Shown here in pieces: positions 1-11,200 of a DNA stretch of 27,896 nt. This DNA is from Octopus sinensis (taxonomy: Eukaryota): positions 1-27,896 of the forward strand of contig NW_021835571.1 in the NCBI RefSeq assembly GCF_006345805.1, in the 5' to 3' direction. The stretch's first letter is position 1. Each line of letters begins with the position of its first letter. A model generated the notes under the pieces. That model saw nothing but the letters and a program-made list of their open reading frames with translations, was not told the DNA's origin and did not search any database. Position numbers and translations under genes: made by a program.

Positions 1-576
1 TTTTCTCCAACTGAATACACGTCATTGATTGGTTTAAATTACCCAAATACGACAACTTCAACACGAAATCACTTCAAGAATACAAAAGAGTAAATCCGGA
101 GTTTCAAAGTGTTTAGCTACAAAAAATTAATTAAAAAATCTGTACATCAAATTGAATAGATCGAAATGTTTATTTAAAAAATAAATTTTTAAGCATTCGA
201 TATGCATTTCATGCGAAAAACAGGACAAACAGCGGACAACAACATCAGCAGCGCTTTCAATATATTTGTCAACACGTGCTTTCTCGCAGACAAAAGAGTT
301 CTCATGTTTGGTTGGTTACTATAGAAACAGGCATGAATGTGTCTGCGGCTTACGATTAGCTAAAATTCCCCCAAATTTTTCAAACTTTAATTGCTAATAA
401 CTCTTTATTTATTGATCTATAGCGAAAATGATTTTCATGTCATTGATTAGCCTATAAAAATATATCATTACACTGAATATGAAATCAATTCGAACAGAAA
501 TTAAAACTGGCAGCTAAACAGAAAAGTTTCCGAATACTTAATGTAATTAATACAAACATGGCAATGTATGTCTGAG

Positions 577-593
577 TGTGTGTGCGTGTGTGT

Positions 594-625
<32 letters not shown>
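577..625. repeat. (TG)n microsatellite
   Basis: Direct reading of the TG dinucleotide run. Confidence 0.95.
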
Positions 626-627
<2 letters not shown>

Positions 628-814
628 GGGTTGTGGCAAACTTTACGAAAGAAGTTAATGAAAGCAGAAGCGAGATTAATTAGAGTGAAATAAGATAAAC
701 CATCGTAAGGCTAATCAAAGTTGATAAGCGAAGTTCATAGTTTACAGGCTTAAAACAAAGTCTCAAATTTCATGTGGCGTTCACTGTAACACTTTTGGTA
801 ATTCATGGCATAAA

Positions 815-1028
815 GGCGACGAGCTGACCGAATTTTTTGCACGACTCTGGACAAAACTTTCAGAGACTTTTCGTCTGCCTCAGTTGAAATTCCATTCAGG
901 TTGACTTTGCAGTCATCGTTTCGGGGTCGATGAAATAAGCGCCAGTTGAGCCCTGGGGATAATGTAATCGACTGGCCACACCCAGCACCCAAATTCCAGG
1001 CCTTGTGCCTACAACAGAAAGGATTATT
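815..1028 (+). mobile_element. Diverged tRNA-derived SINE (family A, same as 21491-21706)
   Basis: Shares GGCGxxGAGCTG head, 'gactttgc..tcatc.tttcggggtcgat' core and 'ccaggccttgtgcct...agaaaggattatt' tail with the copies at 21491, 22290 and 24206. Confidence 0.75.
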
Positions 1029-1078
1029 CCTGGTATAATCGGTGTTGCATAGAATACCATTATATATATATATATATA

Positions 1079-1470
1079 CTAGCAGTATCGCCCGGCATTG
1101 CTTGGGTTTGTAAGGGAAATAACTATATAAGCATTTTTAGAGATGTAAAGTATAATTGCCATCTCAATATGGCTAACCACAAAGGGGGGTGTTACTGTAG
1201 CTTTTTACGTTCTGAGATTTAATAATATATTTTAGAGAGTTACTTCCCTTATATGATAGCAAAAAAATGCATTAAAAATGGGAAAAATGATGGTAAATTT
1301 TTTTTTAAATCGTAGACTCATCGTAGACGCGCGCTAATATCCAGAAGGGCCCGATATGAATCACGACTATAAGATACCCGGTTTTGGTTACACTGCACCG
1401 CAAAATGTGGGAGTAGTTAGGAATCTAAATCGTAGGGACAGACACACAATTTCACTTTTATATATAAAGA
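1079..1470 (-). mobile_element. Non-autonomous Helitron-like element (~390 bp)
   Basis: Minus strand starts A|TCTTTATATATAAAAG and ends CTAG|T. A decayed GC-rich subterminal hairpin (cccggcattgcttggg, 1091-1106) lies ~10 nt from CTAG. No TSD, insertion between A and T: canonical Helitron termini. Confidence 0.75.
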
Positions 1471-1488
1471 TATAATTATATATATATA

Positions 1489-1544
<56 letters not shown>

Positions 1545-1620
1545 AAATATATATAATATATGTATGTATGTATGTATTGTCAGCTTAATTCGTTTTGATT
1601 TTTTTCCCATGAGTTTTTCT

Positions 1621-1786
1621 CGCAGGAGTGGGTGTGTGGTAAGAAACTTGCTTCCCAACCACATGGCTCCGGGTTCAGTCCCACTGCGTACCACCTTAGG
1701 TAAGCGTCTTCTACTATATCTACTATAGGCTCGAGCTGACCAAAGCCTTCTGAGTGGATGTGGTAGACGGAAAACTGAATGAAGGA
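1621..1786 (+). mobile_element. tRNA-derived SINE (family B)
   Basis: A-box-like TGGGTGTGTGG and B-box-like GGGTTCAGTCCC, followed by a 'gtcttctactata...gaccaaagcctt.tgagtggat.tggtagacgga' body. A diverged copy is at ~7450-7550. Confidence 0.7.
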
Positions 1787-2009
1787 GTCTAGTGCTTTTA
1801 GCTTAGATTTTCTTGGGGTAGGCCAAATTGGAGCCGTCTTGAGTGTAACTGGCCGAAACTGCAAAGACGATCTGGAAATCGACTGAGGATAGGAAGCTCC
1901 GAATGACCCGTCCTTCTTTTTTCCTGTCCTTTTTGTATCGTTTAACTGTCCAGATGTTTCATTGTCACCTGTTACATTTTTTTACATTTTTTGTTTTCTT
2001 CATATATAT

Positions 2010-2223
2010 AATTATAAATTAGGGCATCTGAGAGATATCACCACGCTGAAATAGCAGTCAAAACCTGACCCTAAAGCCACATTAAACTACTCTACACTAG
2101 GATAATAGACAGAGAGACAGAATAAACTAGCAGTGCTATATGAACATTTAATGTGGCTTTAGGGTCAGGTTTTGACTGCTATTTCAGCGTGGTGGTATCT
2201 CTCAGATACCCTAATTTATAATT
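2010..2223. repeat. Long inverted repeat (77-bp arms 2010-2086 / 2147-2223, 60-bp spacer) in a TA-flanked insert
   Basis: Arms are reverse complements with 2 mismatches. Confidence 0.9.
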
Positions 2224-2353
2224 TTAAATAATTACCTTTGTAAAGTTTATACTCCATGCTGGCCACTTGATAAGATCGATATTTAAATATCGATCTTATC
2301 CTTATTATAAAATTTATATATATATATATAATATATATATATAATATATAATA

Positions 2354-2392
<39 letters not shown>

Positions 2393-2403
2393 TAATACAT
2401 ATA

Positions 2404-2443
<40 letters not shown>

Positions 2444-2723
2444 CATACATATAGTTTGAAATTTACATTACAGAAAAAAAAGATGAAGACAGGTGTATAT
2501 ACTACAAACAGATGTGTTAGTCTAACGCTCGGGAAGGGGAGAAAATATTTTACGTTTCGAGCCATATATATGTATGTATGTATGTATGTATGTGTATGTA
2601 TGTATGTATGTATGTATGTATGTATGTATGTGTGTGTATGTGTGTGTATGTGTGTGTGTGTACATATATAATATATATGGAATCAAGAGGTATTGAGAAT
2701 ATATATATATATACATATATACA

Positions 2724-2867
2724 AAATAAGAAAATGGGGAAATACATCTAAATCAAATATCGATTACCAGATAATACCCAATTATGTGGTGGTTTAATAA
2801 AGTATGTGATTGGGTATTATCTGGTAATCGATATTTGATTTAGATGTATTTCTCCATTTTCTTATTT
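2724..2867. repeat. Long inverted repeat (59-bp arms 2724-2782 / 2809-2867) starting at a TA run
   Basis: Arms are reverse complements with 1 mismatch. Unique sequence continues to ~3048, where (TA)n resumes. Confidence 0.9.
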
Positions 2868-3058
2868 CGTATTATGAATTTGTGGTAAATCATTTTACCT
2901 TTGCCCATATAATACAGTAAATGAATTAATTGCATCGCAATTATTAACATTTATGTATTAACTTTGTTGGGTACTTCACTAGCGGTAGATTGGATCATGT
3001 TTATCCCATGGAGGGTTGCATTTACAACGCCTATCTCAATTTGTAACTATATACATAT

Positions 3059-3109
<51 letters not shown>

Positions 3110-3112
3110 ATC

Positions 3113-3146
<34 letters not shown>

Positions 3147-3164
3147 ATTATATATAACATATTA

Positions 3165-3495
3165 GAGAGAGACCCCCTTCGGTCATGAATGACCATGGGA
3201 TTGCACCTAGAAAGTTACCCTCCTAGACACAAGTCGGGCAAGGTTGTTTATGGAAGACCACCAGTCGCCCATGCATACCGGACTCCCCTCTCCACGCCAC
3301 CAGTGTTATCCAAGGGAAAGACAAAGGCCGATACAGCTTGGCACCTGTGACGTCGCAACTCATTTCTACAGTTGAGTGAACTGGAGCAACGTGAAATAAA
3401 GTGCCTTGCTCAAGAACACAACACGCAGCCCGGTCCGGGATTCGAGCTCACAACCTCACGATCGTAAGCTCGACGCTCTACCCACTGAGCCATGC
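3165..3495 (-). mobile_element. Full-length tRNA-derived SINE (family C; tRNA head + CORE-like domain + LINE-like tail)
   Basis: Minus strand reads GCATGGCTCAGTGGGTAGAGCGTC (A box) ... GAGCTCGAATCCCGG (B box), then TGTGTTCTTGAGCAAGGCACTTTA (CORE-like). It ends in CATGGTCATTCATGACCGAAGGGGG. Confidence 0.8.
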
Positions 3496-3503
3496 ACACA
3501 TAT

Positions 3504-3594
<91 letters not shown>

Positions 3595-3719
3595 CTATAT
3601 ATATATATATATATATATATTCTTCATACCTTTTGATTCCAAATCCAACTCTCATTATTTCATCAAACAAAGGATTATATGCAAATCCATAAGTCGTGTT
3701 TATTCTTATTTCTATTTTC

Positions 3720-3936
3720 ATGGCATTGTTTAGTGAAAACCCCCAACTTAAATGGAGGAGGAAGAAAGCGGAAGCTGTCCTGGTGGTCGCCTCTGCTTTT
3801 ATCTGCAACGTTTTAATCCACAGTGTCATTGTATCACTTCATCTGTATTTTGCTGAACTGAATCGAGAATATCCAGATAACCGTGAACTTATATCAGTAA
3901 TTATATTCTTACCAGAAGCAGTTTACGGATTAATAG
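3720..3936 (+). CDS. SLC16/monocarboxylate transporter-like MFS protein, first coding exon (TM1-TM2)
   Basis: ATG at 3720 gives MALFSENPQLKWRRKKAEAVLVVASAFICNVLIHSV...YFAELNREY...LIG. Donor G|GTAAGT at 3937 is phase 1 and frame-compatible with the exon at 7160. The start codon is inferred. Confidence 0.8.
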
Positions 3937-4049
3937 GTAAGTTAAACATTAAGGTTTTCATTGCGACTAATTACACGTGGATACCATTGTCTTCTTTTGC
4001 TGTTTTTATTTTTGAGCTATTAAACTCAGGGCTTAGATATGTTTAAAGT

Positions 4050-4320
4050 TCAGCCAGCCCCCTCTTGCATACCTTTCAATGATTGTTCTAGGTGCCTATA
4101 CAGTCATGAGCAGACATAGTGACTTTTTGGGCCCCATCACCTTTGATTCAGCTGGCATCCAAGATGTGACATTTACCAGGAGAGGGGGCTGAATTCTTAT
4201 CCAGCTGCTACACATAATAATTGACTAATGCAACGTGAAGTGAAGGGATTTGCTCACTGCGCCACTCAGTTCTGGCATTGAATCTATGGTCTTACCATCA
4301 TAAGACAAACACCCAAACCA
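4050..4320 (-). mobile_element. Old diverged SINE copy related to family C
   Basis: 'gcaacgtgaagtgaagggatttgctca' and 'cagctggcatcc..gatgtgaca' resemble 3335-3412. Boundaries are approximate. Confidence 0.4.
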
Positions 4321-4826
4321 TTATGCTAATTTTTCCTGTTTTCCCACTATATTTCATACCTACTGGTGAACGCCTCCTTAGTAGTCCCCTCGTCGCTACT
4401 TCGGTGAGTTGCTACGGATTGTGTATGAGTATCATCTCTCACAGTCTCGTTTCCACTTAGTGGCCATCCTTTATCATGATGAAATAAAGCCCGAAACGAC
4501 ATTATCCATTCCTCTCTCTCTCTCTCTCTCTTTCTTTCCCTTTCCCACCTCCTTATATTACCCTGTCTGCTCGAATGACTGCCTGTCTTACATGATTTTG
4601 ACAACAAATTATTTTCCTCCCGCGCTCTGTCAATATTCCACTCAGATATTCTCATTTCGCTAGCCAGTGACTGGTGGTGACAAACCAATGATGTTGATAT
4701 ACAATAATTAAAGTTATGTATCGAGTTTGTTACATTCCCGTTTTATGTTAACCTGGGAGTTGAAGCAACGCTTCTACCGAGAGCAGTGAAAGAGAGTGAA
4801 AGAAAATATTGTAAGAAAAGGTAGAT

Positions 4827-4861
<35 letters not shown>

Positions 4862-5190
4862 AGACAAATGGTATGTGCAGGTAATTATGTATGTGTGTGT
4901 GTGTATCTCCCGTTCTCTCTTTCTTTCTCTCTTTCCGAAAGCAGTATTTACACCGAATGGTAATCTGTGTATCCGTCCTTACATGGATCTCTTGCTAGAT
5001 CGCCAAACACTGCGTTATTAGTCTTGAGGGACCCTATCCTGTAGGCGCTCGATGCACAAAAACATTGAACATCGATCGCAGCAGACGAGAATCGCCAGTC
5101 ATGGGCGCCAAAACTCCATTGTATCACATGGTTTCATTCTGCTGGAAATCGTCAGTGGAAAGTGTCCGGTCACCGCACGCCAGTCATGCA

Positions 5191-5228
5191 AACACGCATA
5201 CACACACATACACACACACACAAACACA

Positions 5229-5279
<51 letters not shown>
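5191..5279. repeat. (CA)n microsatellite
   Basis: Direct reading. Confidence 0.95.
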
Positions 5280-5282
<3 letters not shown>

Positions 5283-5528
5283 GTATATATGGATGGATGC
5301 GCTCTCTAGACAATAATTTTTCCGTTCAAGTTAAGGCTCTTATTGTTAATCTCATTAACCTCCTGCTGTTGCATAATCATGCAGGATGCTGTAAAGAACA
5401 CGGACTTGGCGTTGGGGTTCATTTGCATTACCAGTTATAAGTGTTTCAGTGTTCAGTAATGCATAATACCGCAATCCTTAGATCTAACTCATGACTGCAG
5501 CACGCATAACAAATCATGCAAGATTATG

Positions 5529-5587
<59 letters not shown>

Positions 5588-6147
5588 CAATAATACAGTG
5601 ATTGTTTCTTATCAGGAACAAAATGTTTAATAGTAATGCAATAGAAGTGCGCAATTAAATGAGACAAATATATTAAACTATGGTTGCAGAACAAACAAAT
5701 ACAAGGTCATCCACGTAACATTTCATATCTCGAACATTTAATCATAGAATATACATGTATAACATCACGGAAGATGAAACATAACTCATCAGTACAAGCA
5801 TATAAGAAAATAGGCTCGCCATCTTAGCCTGTTAATGAATTCCGTGGTTTGATGGATCAATGATTCCATGTATGCATTATTCGAGAGTATGGGAATATTC
5901 TCTGAGGAAAAACCTAGACAGTGTTTAGTCATTATGCAGCCTATATGAAGTGCTCAAAAGAGCAAAAGTGGAAAATTCATTATAAATATTGACCTTACTC
6001 ATTAATTTAATCACAAACCTCACAGAACAACTTTTTTTCTACCCCTTCTTGAAATTTGGTGGCATTGGGTGTGGCAGTACATCCATTACAACAACCACCA
6101 TATGCCACTGATACATATATGTGTTTGTATGCGTGAACGCGTGTGCG

Positions 6148-6238
<91 letters not shown>

Positions 6239-6794
6239 TATATATATATACTATATATATAATATATATATACATACATATATATATATATATTATATAT
6301 ATATATATTATATATAATATATATATTATATAGTTGTGTTGTGTCAAGAACGTATTAGAGCTCAAATAGAGCTCGTTCAAAGAAGTCAAAGAGCCAAAAG
6401 GAAGAGAACGTACGGTTAAACATCAATTCTAATCGCTACAAATGTATCGATACATACAAACCACATATACAGGATTAAAATTAAATTAAATCAAATTAAA
6501 TTATTTAACGATTTACCCGTATAAGAAGATCTGTAAGTAAAAATAGGTTTCATGCGAAAACATCCATAGCTTCTTCTTTACATATACATACATATATAAT
6601 ACATATATATACACATATATATAACACACACACACCCCCATATATATAATATAATATATATATATATATATATATAGAATGCATGTATTCATGTGTATAT
6701 ATATCATATATATGTGTGAATATGTGTTTGTGATATGTATGGATTTATGTGTGTGTGTGTATATATATATATATTATATATATGTTACATATGT

Positions 6795-6996
6795 GACCGC
6801 GTGTGTATCGTTGGCGACTTTTTCTGTCCTCCGTCTTCCCTTCTTTGGACCTTTCCTTTTCCTGTTTCTGACGAAGAGTTCCTCTCGAAATGTTAAATCT
6901 TCCTTCTTTCTTTCCTTTCCTGAGCGTCCAATAACACTATACTTGTTCCATGTCCTCGCGTTGTTGTGGTTTCTCTTTGTATTTTCATGTTTGGAT

Positions 6997-7000
<4 letters not shown>
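6795..7000 (+). mobile_element. Penelope-like element terminal remnant with decayed minimal hammerhead (6864-6898)
   Basis: GTTT-CTGACGA-A-GAG ttcct CTC-GAAA-TGTT-AAAT in a pyrimidine-rich insert ending at (TA)n. GAAATGTT is explicable as CpG decay of GAAACGTT. Confidence 0.55.
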
Positions 7001-7040
<40 letters not shown>

Positions 7041-7042
7041 GT

Positions 7043-7100
<58 letters not shown>

Positions 7101-7159
7101 TGTATGTATTTATATATATATATATGTATATCAAATCTCAAACAAACCTTTATTGGCAG

Positions 7160-7303
7160 GACTTGTAAGTGGAGTGTTCATAAGCAGGTTTGGTGTGCGG
7201 ACAACAGCAATGGTCGGTGTTTTGGAAATAATCATAGGACTTGGTACCTCAGTGGTTTCTCCAAATCTGCCTTTCTTGATGTTTTCTCTGGGGATCTTAT
7301 CAG
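7160..7303 (+). CDS. SLC16-like transporter, second coding exon (144 bp; TM2 end-TM4)
   Basis: Acceptor ttggcAG|GA at 7158-7159. Encodes GLVSGVFISRFGVRTTAMVGVLEIIIGLGTSVVSPNLPFLMFSLGILSG with an MFS motif-A-like segment. Donor G|GTGAAG at 7304, phase 1/1. Confidence 0.88.
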
Positions 7304-7449
7304 GTGAAGTTGCTGTTTCTTTCTTTAATTGAGTGCTAAAAGTACGTCGTGAAATGAGCTCAAGGCTTTTGTCGTTTCCCAAATGACCGTTGTCACATGG
7401 AGGGAGAGGGCCGTAGGGTCAGTAACGAATGCAATTAGAAGAAGAAAGA

Positions 7450-7550
7450 ACCCGCATGTTTTGGGGTTCAATTCTACTGCTCGGCATCTTGAATTATTGT
7501 TTTCTACTGTAGCCCCGGGCCAACCAATACTTTGTAGGTAAATTTGCCTG
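7450..7550 (+). mobile_element. Diverged family B SINE fragment
   Basis: 'ggggttcaattctactgc...ttttctactgtagccccgggccaaccaatactttgt' aligns by eye to 1671-1760. Confidence 0.45.
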
Positions 7551-7579
7551 TCGGAATCTGCGTTGAAGGCCATCTTGAA

Positions 7580-7610
<31 letters not shown>

Positions 7611-7678
7611 TTATGTTTGGCAACCTGAATTAGTTTCTCTACATGTTCATAACTTACCGGTTTCATTTATATACATAC

Positions 7679-7759
<81 letters not shown>

Positions 7760-7785
7760 CTTTATCTCTCTCTCTCTCTCTCTTT

Positions 7786-7925
<140 letters not shown>

Positions 7926-8209
7926 ATATATTATATATATATATATATATATAAGTTTAACAATTAAGGATAATCTCTAATAAGGGATCTTAACAAGAAA
8001 TTATCGGGTAGCTAGCGTGAAAACCTCATAAAAGAAAAGAATCCGAAAATATTTTTTTCTTTTGAACAAATTAATTATATCTATATTGTATAAAGGGCAT
8101 TATTACACATAAATGCCTCACACTAGGAGGGACAAAGTCATTACTACCAAAAATTATACTATCATACCCAAATGCAGTTTTTCAAAGCAAGACATTAAAA
8201 ATGAATTAT

Positions 8210-8265
8210 GTTCTGTATCACCGTGATTTCACATACAACTTGCGTCTAATGATCGTCAGCAGAAC
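8210..8265 (-). ncRNA. Type I hammerhead ribozyme (first of 25 minus-strand copies)
   Basis: Minus strand reads GUUCUG-CUGACGA-U CAU UA GAC GCAA GUU GU AUG U-GAAA-UCA CGG UGA-UA^CAGAAC. It has a 6-bp stem I, the CUGANGA core, stem II capped by a GNRA loop, GAAA, stem III and an AUA cleavage triplet. The predicted cut is between 8216 and 8215. Confidence 0.88.
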
Positions 8266-11200
8266 TGATTCTGAATACATCATAAATAAACAACCTTATG
8301 TAGCGAAGACGAACAGACAACTGTTCACTCCGGCCAAGCACATGGAATGTTTATAATCATATATCCGGTAAATGGCGGGCTTTTTACGAACTGCATGTCG
8401 GGTAATGAAAAGTATTTCGGAATAAGTTTAACAATTAAGGATAATCTCTTAATAAGGGATCTTAACAAGAAATTATCGGGTAGCTAGCGTGAAAACCTCA
8501 TAAAGAAAAGAATCCGAAAATAATTTTTTTCTTTTGAACAAATTAATTATATCTATATTGTATAAAGGGCATTATTACACATAAATGCCTCACACTAGGA
8601 GGGACAAAGTCATTACTACCAAAAATTATACTAATCATACCCAAATGCAGTTTTTCAAAGCAAGACATTTAAAATGAATTATGTTCTGTATCACCGTGAT
8701 TTCACATACAACTTGCGTCTAATGATCGTCAGCAGAACTGATTCTGAATACATCATAAATAACCAACCTTATGTAGCGAAGACGAACAGACAACTGTTCA
8801 CTCCGGCCAAGCACATGGAATGTTTATAATCATATATCCGGTAAATGGCGGGCTTTTTACGAACTGCATGTCGGGTAATGAAAAGTATTTCGGAATAAGT
8901 TTACAATTAAGGATAATCTCTTAATAAGGGATCTTAACAAGAAATTATCGGGTAGCTAGCGTGAAAACCTCATAAAAGAAAAGAATCCGAAAATATTTTT
9001 TTCTTTTGAACAAATAATTATATCTATATGTATAAAGGGCATTATTACACATAAATGCCTCACACTAGGAGGGACAAAGTCATTACTACCAAAATTATAC
9101 TAATCATACCCAAATGCAGTTTTTCAAAGCAAGACATTTAAAAATGAATTATGTTCTGTATCACCGTGATTTCACATACAACTTGCGTCTAATGATCGTC
9201 AGCAGAACTGATTCTGAATACATCATAAATAACCAACCTTATGTAGCGAAGACGAACAGACAACTGTTCACTCCGGCCAAGCACATGGAATGTTTATAAA
9301 TCATATATCCGGTAAATGGCGGGCTTTTTACGAACTGCATGTCGGGTAATGAAAAGTATTTCGGAATAAGTTAACAATTAAGGATAATCTCTTAATAAGG
9401 GATCTTAACAAGAAATTATCGGGTAGCTAGCGTGAAAACCTCATAAAAGAAAAGAATCCGAAAATAATTTTTTCTTTTGAACAAATTAATTATATCTATA
9501 TTGTATAAAGGGCATTATTACACATAAATGCCTCACACTAGGAGGGACAAAGTCATTACTACCAAAATTATACTAATCATACCAAATGCAGTTTTTTCAA
9601 AGCAAGACATTTAAAAATGAATTATGTTCTGTATCACCGTGATTTCACATACAACTTGCGTCTAATGATCGTCAGCAGAACTGATTCTGAATACATCATA
9701 AATAAACCAACCTTATGTAGCGAAGACGAACAGACAACTGTTCACTCCGGCCAAGCACATGGAATGTTTATAAATCATATATCCGGTAAATGGCGGGCTT
9801 TTTACGAACTGCATGTCGGGTAATGAAAAGTATTTCGGAATAAGTTTAACAATTAAGGATAATCTCTTAATAAGGGATCTTAACAAGAATTATCGGGTAG
9901 CTAGCGTGAAAACCTCATAAAAGAAAAGAATCCGAAAATAATTTTTTTCTTTTGAACAAATTAATTATATCTATATTGTATAAAGGGCATTATTACACAT
10001 AAATGCCTCACACTAGGAGGGACAAAGTCATTACTACCAAAATTATACTAATCATACCCAAATGCAGTTTTTCAAAGCAAGACATTTAAAAATGAATTAT
10101 GTTCTGTATCACCGTGATTTCACATACAACTTGCGTCTAATGATCGTCAGCAGAACTGATTCTGAATACATCATAAATAAACCAACCTTATGTAGCGAAG
10201 ACGAACAGACAACTGTTCACTCCGGCCAAGCACATGGAATGTTTATAAATCATATATCCGGTAAATGGCGGGCTTTTTACGAACTGCATGTCGGGTAATG
10301 AAAAGTATTTCGGAATAAGTTTAACAATTAAGGATAATCTCTTAATAAGGGATCTTAACAAGAAATTATCGGGTAGCTAGCGTGAAAACCTCATAAAAGA
10401 AAAGAATCCGAAAATAATTTTTTCTTTTGAACAAATTAATTATATCTATATTGTATAAAGGGCATTATTACACATAAATGCCTCACACTAGGAGGGACAA
10501 AGTCATTACTACCAAAATTATACTAATCATACCCAAATGCAGTTTTTCAAAGCAAGACATTTAAAAATGAATTATGTTCTGTATCACCGTGATTTCACAT
10601 ACAACTTGCGTCTAATGATCGTCAGCAGAACTGATTCTGAATACATCATAAATAAACCAACCTTATGTAGCGAAGACGAACAGACAACTGTTCACTCCGG
10701 CCAAGCACATGGAATGTTTATAAATCATATATCCGGTAAATGGCGGGCTTTTTACGAACTGCATGTCGGGTAATGAAAAGTATTTCGGAATAAGTTTAAC
10801 AATTAAGGATAATCTCTTAATAAGGGATCTTAACAAGAAATTATCGGGTAGCTAGCGTGAAAACCTCATAAAAGAAAAGAATCCGAAAATAATTTTTTTC
10901 TTTGAACAAATTAATTATATCTATATTGTATAGAGGGCATTATTACACATAAATGCCTCACACTAGGAGGGACAAAGTCATTACTACCAAAAATTATACT
11001 ATCATACCCAAATGCAGTTTTTCAAAGCAAGACATTTAAAAATGAATTATGTTCTGTATCACCGTGATTTCACATACAACTTGCGTCTAATGATCGTCAG
11101 CAGAACTGATTCTGAATACATCATAAATAAACCAACCTTATGTAGCGAAGACGAACAGACAACTGTTCACTCCGGCCAAGCACATGGAATGTTTATAAAT

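Noticed and set aside
1-545. Possible DNA-transposon end
   Set aside because: No TIR partner, TSD or coding signal is visible within the window.
1832-1870. cgtctt...cgaaactgca aagacg as a hammerhead
   Set aside because: The CUGANGA core and stem II are missing.
6343-6400. GAGCTC-aaata-GAGCTC hairpin as a minus-strand hammerhead
   Set aside because: Both core boxes are too degenerate (no CUGANGA, no GAAA).
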